Assembly (NCBI RefSeq): GCF_006345805.1
Contig: NW_021832133.1
Span: 1-62,797 of the forward strand
Direction: 5' to 3'
From: Octopus sinensis
Lineage: Eukaryota
DNA length: 62,797 nt
Part shown: one piece after another, positions 39,917 through 51,986 of the stretch
Numbering within the stretch: position 1 is the first letter of the stretch
Layout: every line of letters starts with the position of its first letter
The notes under the pieces: generated by a model
Seen by the model: only the letters and a program-made list of their open reading frames with translations
Told to the model about the DNA's origin: nothing
Databases searched by the model: none
Translations under genes and position numbers: made by a program

Positions 39917-40347
39917 ATTTACATTTGACGGACATTTGTCCTCATCTTGTTTGTTGTTAACACAACGTTTCAGCTGATATACCCTCCAGCCTTCATCAGG
40001 TGTCTTGGGGAAATTTCGAACCTGGGTTCTCATTCCTAAGGTATTTTTCAATGTTATTATTATTAATCAGGTCACCGCCTGGAATCGAACTCAGAATCTT
40101 GGGGTTAGTAGCCTGCGCTCTTAACCCATGGCGTAGCGGTTAAGAGTGCGGGCTACTAACCCCAAGATTCCGAGTTCGATTCCAGGCAGTGACCTGATTA
40201 ATAATAATAACATCGAAAAATACCTTAGGAATGAGAACCCAGGTTCGAAATTTCCCCAAGACACCTGATGAAGGCTGGAGGGTATATCAGCTGAAACGTT
40301 GTGTTAACAACAAACAAGATGAGGACAAATGTCCGTCAAATGTAAAT
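39917..40347. mobile_element. Head-to-head foldback of a tRNA-headed element with a hammerhead-like tail
   Basis: 210-bp arms, 11-nt loop. A box TGGCGTAGCGG, B box GAGTTCGATTCC, CTGATGA...GAAAC at 40265-40297. Confidence 0.8.
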
Positions 40348-40984
40348 TACGGACAATATTTGATTAAACTGAACAAATTGCATAATTATTTTTTTCTATA
40401 AACAAAATAAGTTATAAGAAATGATACGAGTTGATAGTTTGTATATCAATATTTCAGGTTCAAGAAATGGTGTTGTGAGCTGACTTCTCTGTTTTGTAAG
40501 AAATGTCAGCTCACAACACCTTTGCTTCAAAGATTTCTTGAAAATAGGGTCCTCACCTGAAATATTGAAATGCAAGGTAAGAGTATAAACCACCAACTTG
40601 TATTGTTTTGGCTTTATGAAAAATCTTACTGAATATATATGTTTTTTTGTGTGTGTGTGGTGGGGGTCTTGCAAGGTACTTGGTGACCCTGTCAGTGCAG
40701 GTGCCACATAAAAAGCATTCAGGATACACTGTAAAGTGGTTTAAGTTTAGAAGGGCGTCCAGCTGCGAAATCCTTGCCAAAACTGAACTCACCCATACTT
40801 GTGCCATGTAAGAAGCACTCTGCTGAGTGGTTGGTTTTAGGAAGGTCATCCAGCTGTAAAAATCCTGCCAAAACAGTCACAGAAGTCTGATGCAGGTTTC
40901 TCTTGTGAAACCATTCCAGCATGAAAGGCAGACATTAAACAATGATGTATGTGTGTGTGTATGAGTCTCTCCAAACATACTTAC

Positions 40985-41098
40985 AACTGCTCCAGAAAAA
41001 GGACCTGGCATTTCACTGTATCGTCGAAGTGCTTCTCGGATATCGGCTGGAGTAATGGCTTGGAAGGTCTGCAGTTCAAGTTGGTTGGCTGGAACATT
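40985..41098 (-). CDS. SUPT3H: SUPT3H exon (NVPANQLELQTFQAITPADIREALRRYSEMPGPFSGAV)
   Basis: TTTCTAG acceptor, GTAAGT donor, 114 bp. Matches the Spt3 motif AIQPCHIREAIRRY. Confidence 0.92.
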
Positions 41099-41175
41099 CT
41101 AGAAAGAGATAAAAAGAGAAACTAGCAAAAGAAGGGACATAAAAATACAAAGACTATAACATCTTTATATATAAG

Positions 41176-41961
41176 ACTAGCAGTATCGCCCGGCGTTGCT
41201 CGGGTTTGTAAGGGAAATAACTATATAAGCATTTTTAGAGAGTTACTTCCCTTATAAATTCGGGCTTTCTTAGCCATTTTTGTTTTGGTGTCTTCAAGCC
41301 ATGAAGTCGTTGTTCTAAAAGAACGCTGGTTTCCTTCACAATGCATCACGACGTTGATTTCTTTACACTCCCTTCCCCACAGCTTCACGAGGGAGGGAAG
41401 GGGGAGAAGCAAACAGGTGCGGCTGTGAGCGTGGACGCCAACTCCGCCGCCATCGACATACGATGCATTTTATGCATTAAAATGGAATAAAAAATGATGT
41501 TAAATTATTTTTAAAATCGTAGACTCATCGTTGACGCGCGCTAATAGTCAGACGGGCTCGATATGAATCACGACTATAAGATACCCGAATTTGGTTAAAC
41601 AGCACCGCAAAATGTGGGAGGAGTTAGGAATCTAAATCGAAGGGGACAGACACTCACACAACTAGAGTTTTATATATATAGATTTAAGTTGTGTGTGTGA
41701 GACTCTGTCTCCGATTTAGATTCCTAACTACTCCCACATTTTGCGGTGCAGTTTAACCAAAACCGGGTATCTTATAGTCGTGATTCATATCGAGCCCTTC
41801 TGGGTATTAGCGCGCGTCTACGATGAGTCTATGATTTAAAAAAAAATTACCTTCATTTTTAATGATTTTTGCTCAGGTTATATAAGGGAAGTAACTCTCT
41901 AAAAATGCTTATATAATTATTTCCCTTACAAACCCGAGCAACGCTGGGCGATACTGCTAGT
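41176..41961. mobile_element. Two Helitron-like elements tail-to-tail (41176-41683 +, 41686-41961 -)
   Basis: Both carry the family termini and are mutually inverted. Confidence 0.6.
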
Positions 41962-42277
41962 TATATATATATATATATATATATATACAAACCTTGATTC
42001 TCTACTGAGAATGACCAAGTTTAAGAATCTGCTGGATCTCACTCCTAAGGGAATCTTACATTGCTTATAAACTCTATATTTGGATGGACTCATTTTAAAC
42101 TCTGTTGGACTTTACTCAAAGGATACTGGAATATTACACATATATACCATTATGCCTATAAAACGGATTTACGAATCCAATACCCATACATATCTTACAT
42201 CTATTTTCTTTCCTCCATCTCACTCGCTATTTGTATCACATCTAAACTAACTATGACTTAACTTTTCCTCTCACACC

Positions 42278-42329
42278 GTCTCCGATGAAGGGATATTATT
42301 AATTAATATCCTAGAAACAGGTGTAAGAT
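42278..42329 (+). ncRNA. Degenerate hammerhead motif
   Basis: GTCT-CCGATGA-stem II (GGATATT/AATATCC)-GAAA-CAGGTG-TA-AGAT. One core substitution, and the stem III loop is no longer palindromic. Confidence 0.45.
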
Positions 42330-42400
42330 CTTCTATCTATAAATGCTCTAATATCTATACAGCCTTGGTCTTTCTATCTCATTACACAAAAAATTCTTGA

Positions 42401-42562
42401 ATGGCTGTGTGGTAAGTAGCTTGCTAACCAACCACATGGTTCCGGGTTCAGTCTCACTTCGTGGCACCGTGGGCAAGTGTCTTCTGCTATAGCCCCGGGC
42501 CGACCAATGCCTTGTGAGTGGATTTGGTAGACGGAAACTGAAAGAAGCCTGTCGTATATATG

Positions 42563-42607
<45 letters not shown>

Positions 42608-42720
42608 CTGTGTTTCTCCCCCTAGCATTGCTTGACAACCGACGCTGGTGTGTTTACGTCCCCGTCACTTAGCGGTTCAGCAAAAGAGACTGATAGAATA
42701 AGTCCCGGGGTCGATTTGCT
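42401..42720 (+). mobile_element. SINE family A
   Basis: Family motifs with an internal deletion in the tail. Confidence 0.8.
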
Positions 42721-43284
42721 TTGGTTTTTTTATCTTATTACGCAAAAAATTCTTATATACACACGCTGACATAGAACCAACGTCGAACCCTTTATTCACA
42801 ATATTACTGAATCTGGAACTTAATTATGGTCTGTCTATAGCACTTATTTAGCATTACCTGATGCCTTTATCAATGACACCATTATCTCATATATATATAT
42901 ATATATATACACATACAGAAAACAAAAGATGAAGACAGATGCAGGAACGAGTAGTTGTGTTAGTTTAATGCTTGGGAAGAATGGAAAAGTCTTATGTTTC
43001 GAGCCTATGCACTTCAATAGAAAAGATTTAGTTAACGAAAAGGTAGAGACAAAAATGTGTAGGGATCAACAATTCAACATGTGTGTTAGAAGCAAAAGGG
43101 TTAATAAAATTAAGTAGTTAGCTTTGACAATCTGTTATTTTGAAGCCACCACAGAAAATTCTAAGTCATTTTAGCAGCAGACAAACATAAGTATGAGAGA
43201 GAAAGATTAACTGAAGCGAGATTAGCAGCAACAACCACCACAGTGTAAAAGATAACAGTGTCCTAGTGACTGCAGTCTACTTAC

Positions 43285-43509
43285 TTGGTTGGGGGAGACA
43301 AGTCCAGTCCCCTTTGTTCCCGTCTGTCCTGAAGGCTGACAACCAGACCCACTATTGTTGATGATGTTCTCCTGGAAGGGTTCATAGAAATTACACGTGT
43401 TGGGTATGTTTTTTACTAACGGGTCAGCAGAGCCGCCTATGTGTTTAACCATGGGGTCGGCCGAACTGCCCATTGCTTCTCTCTGGACAATCAATGCCAG
43501 GTCCATCAA
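43285..43509 (-). CDS. SUPT3H: SUPT3H exon (LMDLALIVQRE...VSPNQ, 75 aa)
   Basis: TTGTTTTCACAG acceptor, GTAAGT donor, 225 bp in phase 0. LMDLALIVQRE matches LVDLALLVRQD. Confidence 0.9.
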
Positions 43510-43844
43510 CTGTGAAAACAAAGAGGAAGACAATATTAAGGATAGTATATGAAAGAACCCAGCATCACCACAACCACCACCACTACTACTACTACCAACA
43601 CCACAACAAGAACCACTAAAAATGACAGGTATCAATGTACAGACAGACATATATATATATATTGGAGGCAGCTGTGGTCATCATCATTTTAACATCCGTT
43701 TTCCATGCTGGCATGGGTTGGAAAGTTTGACATGGTCTGCCCTTTATACTGGGTACTTTACATGTGGCACCAGCAGCAGTGAGGTGGCCAAGTAAACTGT
43801 AAGTCAAAGACCTGGCCCCCTCCTCCAAAATATCTGTTTCTTTA

Positions 43845-44031
43845 CTACCCACAAGGGGCTAAACATAGAGGGGACAAACAAGGACACAAATGGATTAAGT
43901 CGATTACATCGACCCCGAAAGGATGAAAGGCTGAGTCAACCTCGGTGGAATTTGAACTCAGAACGTAACGACAGATGAAATACGGCTACGCATTTTGCCC
44001 GGTGTGCTAACGTTTCTGCCAGCTCACCGCC
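43845..44031 (-). mobile_element. SINE family B (GCCTTTCATCCTTTCGGGGTCGAT core)
   Basis: Copies at 44938-45130 (+), 54661-54891 (-) and 61483-61629 (-). The core resembles Meta/Sauria-type SINE domains from memory, not verified. Confidence 0.7.
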
Positions 44032-44560
44032 TTCTTCCAAAATGTCGGCTTTGCCTGTCATCCTTTTGGGGATCAATAAATTAAGTAACATTTGCATACT
44101 GGGGTCGATCTAATTGACTGGTCCCCTCACCCACAATTGAAGGCCTTGTGCCCATAGTAGAAAGGATTATTATTATTGATGAAAACCCTCAGCTTATTTT
44201 GCTGGGTATGATGGAAAGTGTTTGCTGTCCACAGCCATAAGAATTTGACTGGTCCTCTTCCCCACAATTGAAGGTCTTGTGCCCATAGTAGAAAGGATTA
44301 TTATTATTGATGAAAAACCCTCAGCTTATTTTGCTGGGTATGATGGAAAGTGGTCAGCTGTCCACAGCCAGCAGACTAAGGTGACACTTGTTCACTGGTC
44401 AACCTTCAAGAACCTTGTGAAGAATTCTTACAGTTCCAAGCAATAATAATAATAATTACTACTACGATACAATAACTACAACAGTTTAGAAAGACAAAAT
44501 ACAACAATAAAAACAAAACAAAACTAATTTAGCAACAGAAATCAGTAGTATATTTCTCAC

Positions 44561-44682
44561 CTGTGCAATTGTCTCGTAAGCCAGGTAACTGAACATCTCA
44601 AGAGCTAAAGGATTAGGCTTGGGTTCAACACACACACCAGACATGAGCCAGTCTTTAAAACGCTGGGACTTATATTTACGGG
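44561..44682 (-). CDS. SUPT3H: SUPT3H exon (SRKYKSQRFKDWLMSGVCVEPKPNPLALEMFSYLAYETIAQ)
   Basis: TTTTTTGCAG acceptor, GTGAG donor, 122 bp. Matches [26 protein letters not shown] of Spt3. Confidence 0.95.
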
Positions 44683-45298
44683 CTGCAAAAAATAAAGAGA
44701 ATAATTAATTACAATTAAGTAAAAATAATTGTTTTTTTTTTACTCCTTTACATGTTTCAGTCATTTGACTGTGGCCATGCTGGAGCACTGCCTTTAGTCG
44801 AACAAATTAATCCTAGGGCTTATTTTTTACACCTAGTATTTTTTTTTCTATCGGTCTCTTTAGCCAAACCACTAAGTTACAGGGATGTAAACACACCAAC
44901 ATTGGTTGTCAAGCGATGGTGGGAGACAAACACACAAAAGGTGGTGAGCTGACAGAAACGTTAGCATGCCGGGCAAAATGCGTAGACGTTACGTTCTGAG
45001 TTCAAATTCCGCCGAGGTCGACTTTGCCTTTCAGGGTCGATAAATTAAGTACCAGTTATGCACTGAGGTCATGTAATCGACTTAATCCGTTTGTCCCCTC
45101 TGTGTTTAGCCCCTTGTGGGTAATAAAGAAACATATATATGACAGGCTTCTTTCAGTTTCCGTCTATCGAATCCACTCACAAGGCTTTGGTTGGCCCGAG
45201 GCTATAGTGAAAGATACGTGCTGAAGGCGCCAACAGTGGGACTGAACCCGAAACCAGGTGGACAGTAAGCAAGCTACTTACCACACAGCCACCTCCGT

Positions 45299-45299
<1 letters not shown>

Positions 45300-45334
<35 letters not shown>

Positions 45335-45598
45335 GTTTAACGTCCGTTCTCCATGCTAGCATGGGTTGGACGGTTCGACCGGGGATCTGGGAAGCCAGAA
45401 GGCTGCACCAGGCTCCAGTCTTATCTGGCAGAGTTTCTACAGCTGGATGCCCTTCCTAACGCCAACCACTCCGTGAGTGTAGTGGGTGCTTTTTACGTGC
45501 CACCTGCACAGGTGCCAGGTGAGGCTGGCAACAGCCACGGTCGGATTGGTGTATTTTATGTGCCACCGGCACGGAAGCCAGTCGAGGCGGTGCTGGCG
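45300..45598 (-). mobile_element. RTE 3' UTR and tail
   Basis: (CAT)n and reverse-complement tail. Confidence 0.75.
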
Positions 45599-46105
45599 TA
45601 TACACATATTAAATTAGCAGAGACATTAATGCAACAGAATAAAATGCCCTGTAGTATTTGCTCCAGACCTTTATATTCTGAGTTCAAATCCAGCCAAAGT
45701 CAACTTTGCCTTTAATCATTTCAGGGGTTGATATAATACAATATTTATTCTGGTTCTTCTGTGTCCTGGAAAGATAGACTTAGCCCATCTTAACTCATTT
45801 AAACACCACTACCGCCACCTGGTGCCTTGGATTTGATTCAGCTCCCCAGTTTAAGGACGGCTTCATCGCTTTCCATCATTCACCAGTGTCGGTGTGAGAG
45901 GAAAATGAGAGAGTGGCACCTTGAGCAAGTCTTTTCTGTAAGCCCTGGGCCGACCAAAGCCTTGGGAGTGAATTTGGTACATGGACACTGTAAGAAGCCT
46001 GTTCTGTATGTGTGTGTGGGGGTTTGTGTACGTGTGAGTATGTATGTATGCATTTGTGTATATGCATATGTGTTACTCTGACAAACATTTGGTCTTAATA
46101 CTCAC

Positions 46106-46181
46106 AGAAGTTGACTTGGCGTGATTCACAGAACTCTCGATATTGCTGTGGGTCCATGTGACGAGACAGTAACTCAGCTCT
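46106..46181 (-). CDS. SUPT3H: SUPT3H exon (RAELLSRHMDPQQYREFCESRQVNF)
   Basis: GTTTCAG acceptor, GTGAGT donor, 76 bp, phases fit both neighbours. Matches [25 protein letters not shown]. Confidence 0.95.
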
Positions 46182-46224
46182 CTGAAACAGACACCATAAC
46201 ATAACAAGTATATGATATATATAT

Positions 46225-46305
46225 AGCTTACAGCTGTTTCTGCTATAAGATGCAATGCGCTCATAGTTGAGTGTTTGAGTAACACCTTACAGCTCCATCA
46301 GAGCC
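46225..46305 (-). ncRNA. Hammerhead motif with one core mutation
   Basis: GGCT-CTGATGG-A-GCTGTAAG...CTTATAGC-A-GAAA-CAGCTG-TA-AGCT. Confidence 0.5.
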
Positions 46306-48040
46306 TCAAACATGAAATGCAATTTAATTGAGAAAAGAATTATATTTGTGCATATATAAGAAAAAAATACTACTATATATATATATTGGTAAAAATGGTA
46401 AGATAACAAAAGAAAGAAAGAGACCTCAATATTATGTAAATAGAGGAATTTATCTGTAAATGTAATATGTGACAATTATTCAATAGCCATGATAAAACTG
46501 AGTTTTATCTTGGCTACCGAATAATTGTCACATATTATATTTACATATATATATATATATATGGGTACAGGACATCACCAACAGTGCAAGTAACATGAAA
46601 TATGTAAACAAAAATGAGTGAAATATATAAACAATGAGAAAAAAAATGGAAAACAGGACAAGTAAACACAGAGAGAGGACCCTTCATCAGTTGTTGGCTG
46701 TCTGTCTACTCATTTCGAGCAATCAATGACAATATGAGTTTTCAAAGACAGTTGCTTCCATAAATTCTAAAATTAAATTTAGGATTTATGGAGGGTAATT
46801 AGACCAGAACAAGAGGAAAATAGTGAATGCTGGGAGAAACCCTTTCTTTTTGAAAAGCGTAAAGATTGAGAGAAAAACACATCCACTTGTTTAAACATCC
46901 ATGCAGGAAAAGAAAGATGGGCAATAGTCACATGTGAGCAACGAGAGATAGAAAATGGTGAAGAAGTGGGGTTGGGGGGGGGAATGGAATTAGAGAAGGA
47001 TGGAGGAAGAAAATGGTATAGAGTGGCATCAAGAAGGTGAAGATAAACTTGAATATATAACAAGTGATGAAGGAAACGGAAGACAGATTTAGCACTAGCC
47101 TCTGTCATCAAGGCTGTAATAACAGACGAGATGGTCACGGCTGGACCGCCTTCCACAATTGTCTGCAAGATTTTCCCGAGGCTAAAAGACAATTCTATCA
47201 ACAACTGTAAAAACGCTATTACCAGACAAGGGAGCCAACTCTTTATGAGTTGCGTCCCTTTACTTGATTTCTGTTTCTCATTTTTCCGTTTTCCTTGAGA
47301 CATCGATACATTCCTTCGGTTAATTTAAATAATTGTTTATAATTTTAGACATACGGCCAGCGACTTTCAGAGGAAGGGGTTTGTCGACTTCAACCACACC
47401 ATTACTGGACCTGAACTTCATTTTATCGGTCCTCGAAGAATAGAAAAGCAAAGCAAAGAGCTAGCCGCAGCAGAGCTCGTACTCAAAACATTAAGGAGCA
47501 GGAAACAAACAACGCGAGGTATTTTCTCCGACGATTCTGCTGGTCCCAGTCCATCCCCCAACCCCACATAACCTCCATAATAAAATGGGGCTTAGTAGGT
47601 GTTGATATTTTGTATAATGAGGAGCAGGTGTAGTTGTGTGGTAAGAACTTTGCTTCCCAACTCCTTGGTTCCGGGTTCAGTCCCACTGCGTGGTACCTTG
47701 GGCAAGTGTCTTCTATTATAACCTCAGGTCGACCAAAGCCTTGTGAGTGGACTTGGTAGATGGAAACTGGGCTTCTTTCAGTTTCCGCTTACAAATTTAC
47801 CCACGAGACTTTGTTAGGCCCAGGGCTAGAGTAGAAGATACTTGGCCAAAGTGCCATGCAGTGGGACCGAACCTGGAACCCTGTAGTTAGGAAGCAAGTG
47901 TGTTTCTCACCCCAACCCCACTTGACAACTGGTTGTTGGTATGTTTACATCCCCATGTTGAGACCGAGCAAATAAGCACCAAACTTTAACTGCCAAAGTT
48001 TTTGGCTTTGCTTGGTGTCTTAGGATATATACATCTATCT

Positions 48041-48390
48041 CTCTTTTACTTGTTTCAGTCATTTGACTGTGGCCATGCTGGAGCACCGCCTTTAATCAAG
48101 CAAATTGACCCTGGGACTTATTCTATTGGTCTCTTTTGCTGAACTGCTAAGTAACGGGGACATAAACACACCAGCATCGGTTGTCAAGCAATGCTAGGGG
48201 GACAAACACGCATATATATATACACACATGACGGGCTTCTTTCAGTTTCCATCTACCAAATCCACTCACAAGGCTTTGGTCGGCCCGAGGCTATAGCAGA
48301 AGACACTTACCCAAGGTGCCACGCAGTGGGACTGAACCTGGAACCATGTGGTTGGTAAGCAAGCTACTTACCACACAGCCACTTCTGCGC
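48041..48390 (-). mobile_element. SINE family A
   Basis: Reverse-complement copy. Confidence 0.85.
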
Positions 48391-48513
48391 CTATATATAT
48401 CTACATATGTATATTAATAAATTTCAGGGTAGCCAAAAAATTTAGAAATTTTTTGCTACCAGTGGTCTAGCGAAAGAAAAAACTAGTAAATAGACTATAT
48501 ATTATTCATATAA

Positions 48514-48728
48514 AAATACAGTATACTTTTAAACACATAAGGGATGGCCATAATAGGACATCTGACCCGCTAGAAGGAGTAGTTAAACTCCAAACCACTA
48601 TTAGGTGTAATTTTATTTTTCATTCCCTTTTGAAATTACCCCTAATAGTGGTTTGAAGTTTAACTACTCCTTCTAGCGGGTCAGATGTCCTGTTATGGGC
48701 CATCTCTTATGTGTTTAGATGTACACTG

Positions 48729-48733
<5 letters not shown>
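48514..48733. mobile_element. Foldback element (~90-bp arms)
   Basis: GGACATCTGACCCGCTAGAAGGAGTAGTTAAAC inverted at 48650-48700. Confidence 0.75.
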
Positions 48734-48767
<34 letters not shown>

Positions 48768-48830
48768 TTTATTTAAAGCAGCAGAAAATTCAACAAAATC
48801 TGTTACTCTGAGTTTCCATTCTAGCAAAAA

Positions 48831-48868
48831 CTGTCTGATGAATGGCAACGGGAAACTCAGAGTAACAG
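48831..48868 (+). ncRNA. Minimal type I hammerhead ribozyme motif within a small foldback
   Basis: CTGT-CTGATGA-A-TG(GCAA)CG-G-GAAA-CTCAGAG-TA-ACAG. Same family as 23582-23619. Confidence 0.6.
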
Positions 48869-49509
48869 ATTTTGTTGAATTTTCTGCTGCTTTAAGTAAA
48901 ACATATTACTCTACCACTGGTATTTGAGTACTCTTTTTTTCCACCTTGTTTCACATTTATGTGTTTACTCCGGTATATATATATATAATAAAAACTTACT
49001 TGGAGAATAAGAAAAAATCGACGCGAGGCGTTCAATCATATAATAAATAAAACATATGCATATATACATACATATATGTACATACTTACATCTATATGTA
49101 TATGTACATGCATATATGAGTACAGGACACCACAAATAAATGTAGAACACAACGAGAAACGAAAACATAAAATCAAACAAGGAAACGGACTTTTTTTAAC
49201 AACGAAAAAACAGTACAAGACAAACAATACAAGGAATATTCCCCTTCCTCAGCTGCCCCTGTTTCGACTCAATGCGTGTTTTGAATGTAAGAGCAGAACA
49301 CGGCCAGGCCGAAGCAGTCCTTCCTGCAAAAGGAATTAAATAAAATTCTTTTGCAGAGGGGTAAAAAAGTGACAAGAACAGGGCATATGCACAAGGGGGT
49401 GCCAAAAGTTCCTAGCTTTGGGTAAAAGAAAATATAGGAAGAATCAGTTGTTAATTATGATTTTATGCAACATATTCCCCTCTCAGATTCACACATTTAT
49501 CGCAGTGGT

Positions 49510-49900
49510 CTCTTTTACTCGTTTCAGTCATTTGACTGCGGCCATGCTGGAGCACTGCCTTTTTTTTTTTTTAAATCGAGTAACTCGACCCTGGGACTTA
49601 TTCTTTTGTAAGCCCAGTACTTATTCTATCGGTCTCTTTTGCCGAACCGCTAAGTAACGTGGACATAAACACACCAGCATTGGTTGTCAAGCAATGCTAG
49701 GAGGACAAACACAGACACATATATGTATATACATATATACGACGGGCTTCTTTCAGTTTCCGTCTACTAAATCCACTCACAAGGCTTTGGTCGGCCTGAG
49801 GCTATAGTAGAAGACACTTGCCCATGGTGCCACGCAGTAGGACTGAACCTGGAACCATGTGGTTGGTAAACAAGCTACTTACCACACAGCCACTCCAGCG
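49510..49900 (-). mobile_element. SINE family A
   Basis: Reverse-complement copy. Confidence 0.85.
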
Positions 49901-50304
49901 CCTTCAGTTTTCCTAAGCGCTGTAAAACAACTCGGAAGGTCGGGCTTCAAACCAAGCCTTTCATGACACCCTTAAGCAAGAAACTTTTCAGCCCCACCCT
50001 TTTGTAGTTATTCAGGAGGACAACAAGACTTTGAATTCTACTCCACATACCCTTAGCTCCAAGGTACCCGTACGTCTACACCTACTCTCGCTTCTAATGA
50101 CTGGCCTTAAACCACATATCTCACTCCAGCCGTCCACCAAGTTTCATGAGTCAGTGAAGTGGTTGTACAGCTTGTGTCAGTGAGGGCTTTCATTCCTTTC
50201 TCTCCATACCAGAACTTCCTCACTTCGTAGGTAGGAGTGGCTTTGTTTGGTCAACAGAGGAACTATCAGCTTACCAGTTGGATTTGGTCTGACCAGTATT
50301 TTGT

Positions 50305-50762
50305 GCACACACACACACACACACAAGCATACACATGTACACACGCAAACACCACATGCACAAACACACACATACCAATACACAAACAGAAATACACCCA
50401 CACACCAATACACATGCAAGCACACACACACACACAGAAGTACACACACACATACACACTCATACATACACCCACACACATACATACACACACTTATACA
50501 CACACAAACACTCATATGCACACATACTCATATATACACCCACACACATACATACACTTATACACACACAAACACTCATGCACACACACACACACTCATA
50601 CATACACCCACACACATACATAACACTTATACACACACAAACACTCATGCACACACACACACACTCATACATACACCCACACACATACATACACTTATAC
50701 ACACACACACACAAACACTCATATGCACACATACACACACACAAACACATACACACACACAT
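50305..50762. repeat. Compound (CA)/(CATA) microsatellite
   Basis: Direct inspection. Confidence 0.95.
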
Positions 50763-51499
50763 CATGAATTCTATTCAAGCAAGTGACAATTGAGTGCATG
50801 GACTTATAACAAAGACGAAAATCTTGTGTTGTTTTCATGAGTCACGCCACCAATGATGTTCCTCTGACCCCAACACAGATATAAATGTGTTTTTAATGCA
50901 AGTCTACAAAGAGTTTTTTATTTTTATCTCAGACAACTTCATAGCATCAGGCCTTCTTACAGTGTATATACATTTACTATGATACACAAATGACCTAGTG
51001 ATCAGGGTGTTGCACAACATAATCGTGAGATGTTAGTTTCCATTTTTGGATTGGGTGGTATGTTGTGTTCTTGAACAAAACACTGCATCTCATGTTGCTC
51101 ACTTTGACACCTGATGTATGGCACCTGTACAGGTGTCAGTACCGTGCACCTGTACAGGTGTCAGTACCGTGCACAGGTGTCAGTACCGTGCACCTGTACA
51201 GGTGTCTCTGTGATGGAGGGAATGACCTGATAAACCACACATATATTTTGATCACTATAAAAAATTTACTTCTGGAGGTTGTTCGGCAAGAAAATGCAGG
51301 ACCCTCATCTGACATTGAGCAACGAGGAGAGTTCATGATAATAACATATACAGGAAGGGCATCCAAATTAGGAAACTATGTCAAGGCTAAAACTGGATGT
51401 CAGTGCTATCACTGGAAGATACCATGATAGCTGTACCGCAGACATCCAAGAACTACCGATGACTGCACAGGATATAAGAATGAAATCTGTAGGTGATGA

Positions 51500-51886
51500 C
51501 CCGTGGCCTCTACCTGGGATGTAGCCAGTCCACTTATGCATACCTTTCCTTCTTGGGACACAAAACTCTACTTGCGAAGACCTGTTGAGGCAAGTGAAAT
51601 CGAAATCGATCAAAATCAATGGAAATTGTAGTTGTGATACCAGTGCCGGTGGCATGTAAGAGAACCATCCGAACGTGGCCGTTGCCAGCCTCGTCTGACA
51701 CCTATGCTGGTGGCACGTAAAAAGCACCCACTACACTCACGGAGTGGTTGGTGTTGGGAAGGGCATCCAGCTGTAGAAACACTGCCAGATCAGACTGGAG
51801 CCTGGTGCAGCCTTCTGGCTTCCCAGACCCCCAGTTGAACCGTCCGACCCATGCTAGCATGGAAAGCGGATGTTAAACAATGATGA
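51500..51886 (+). mobile_element. RTE 3' UTR, long form
   Basis: Begins with CCCGTGGCCTCTAC, which also ends the RT fragment near 14200, and ends in (GAT)n. Confidence 0.8.
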
Positions 51887-51986
51887 TAAGTATATTATAA
51901 AAATGAAAGAAGCTTAAAAAAAATAAGCAGAATAAAAATACAAATTCGAGTAGTTTCTCAATATGCGATAAGATTCTGATGCATGT

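Noticed and set aside
40527-40556. Candidate SUPT3H last exon (VRTLFSRNL*)
   Set aside because: The acceptor at 39825 is stronger and gives a more Spt3-like C-terminus; kept only as a possible cryptic site.
46779-47303. 174-aa minus-strand ORF (also 49900-50250 and 60300-60900)
   Set aside because: No recognisable motif or splice context; probably old TE debris.
50177-50793. His/Thr- and Cys/Val-rich ORFs
   Set aside because: Microsatellite translations; the same applies to 26374-26621, 37982-38236 and 9443-9872.
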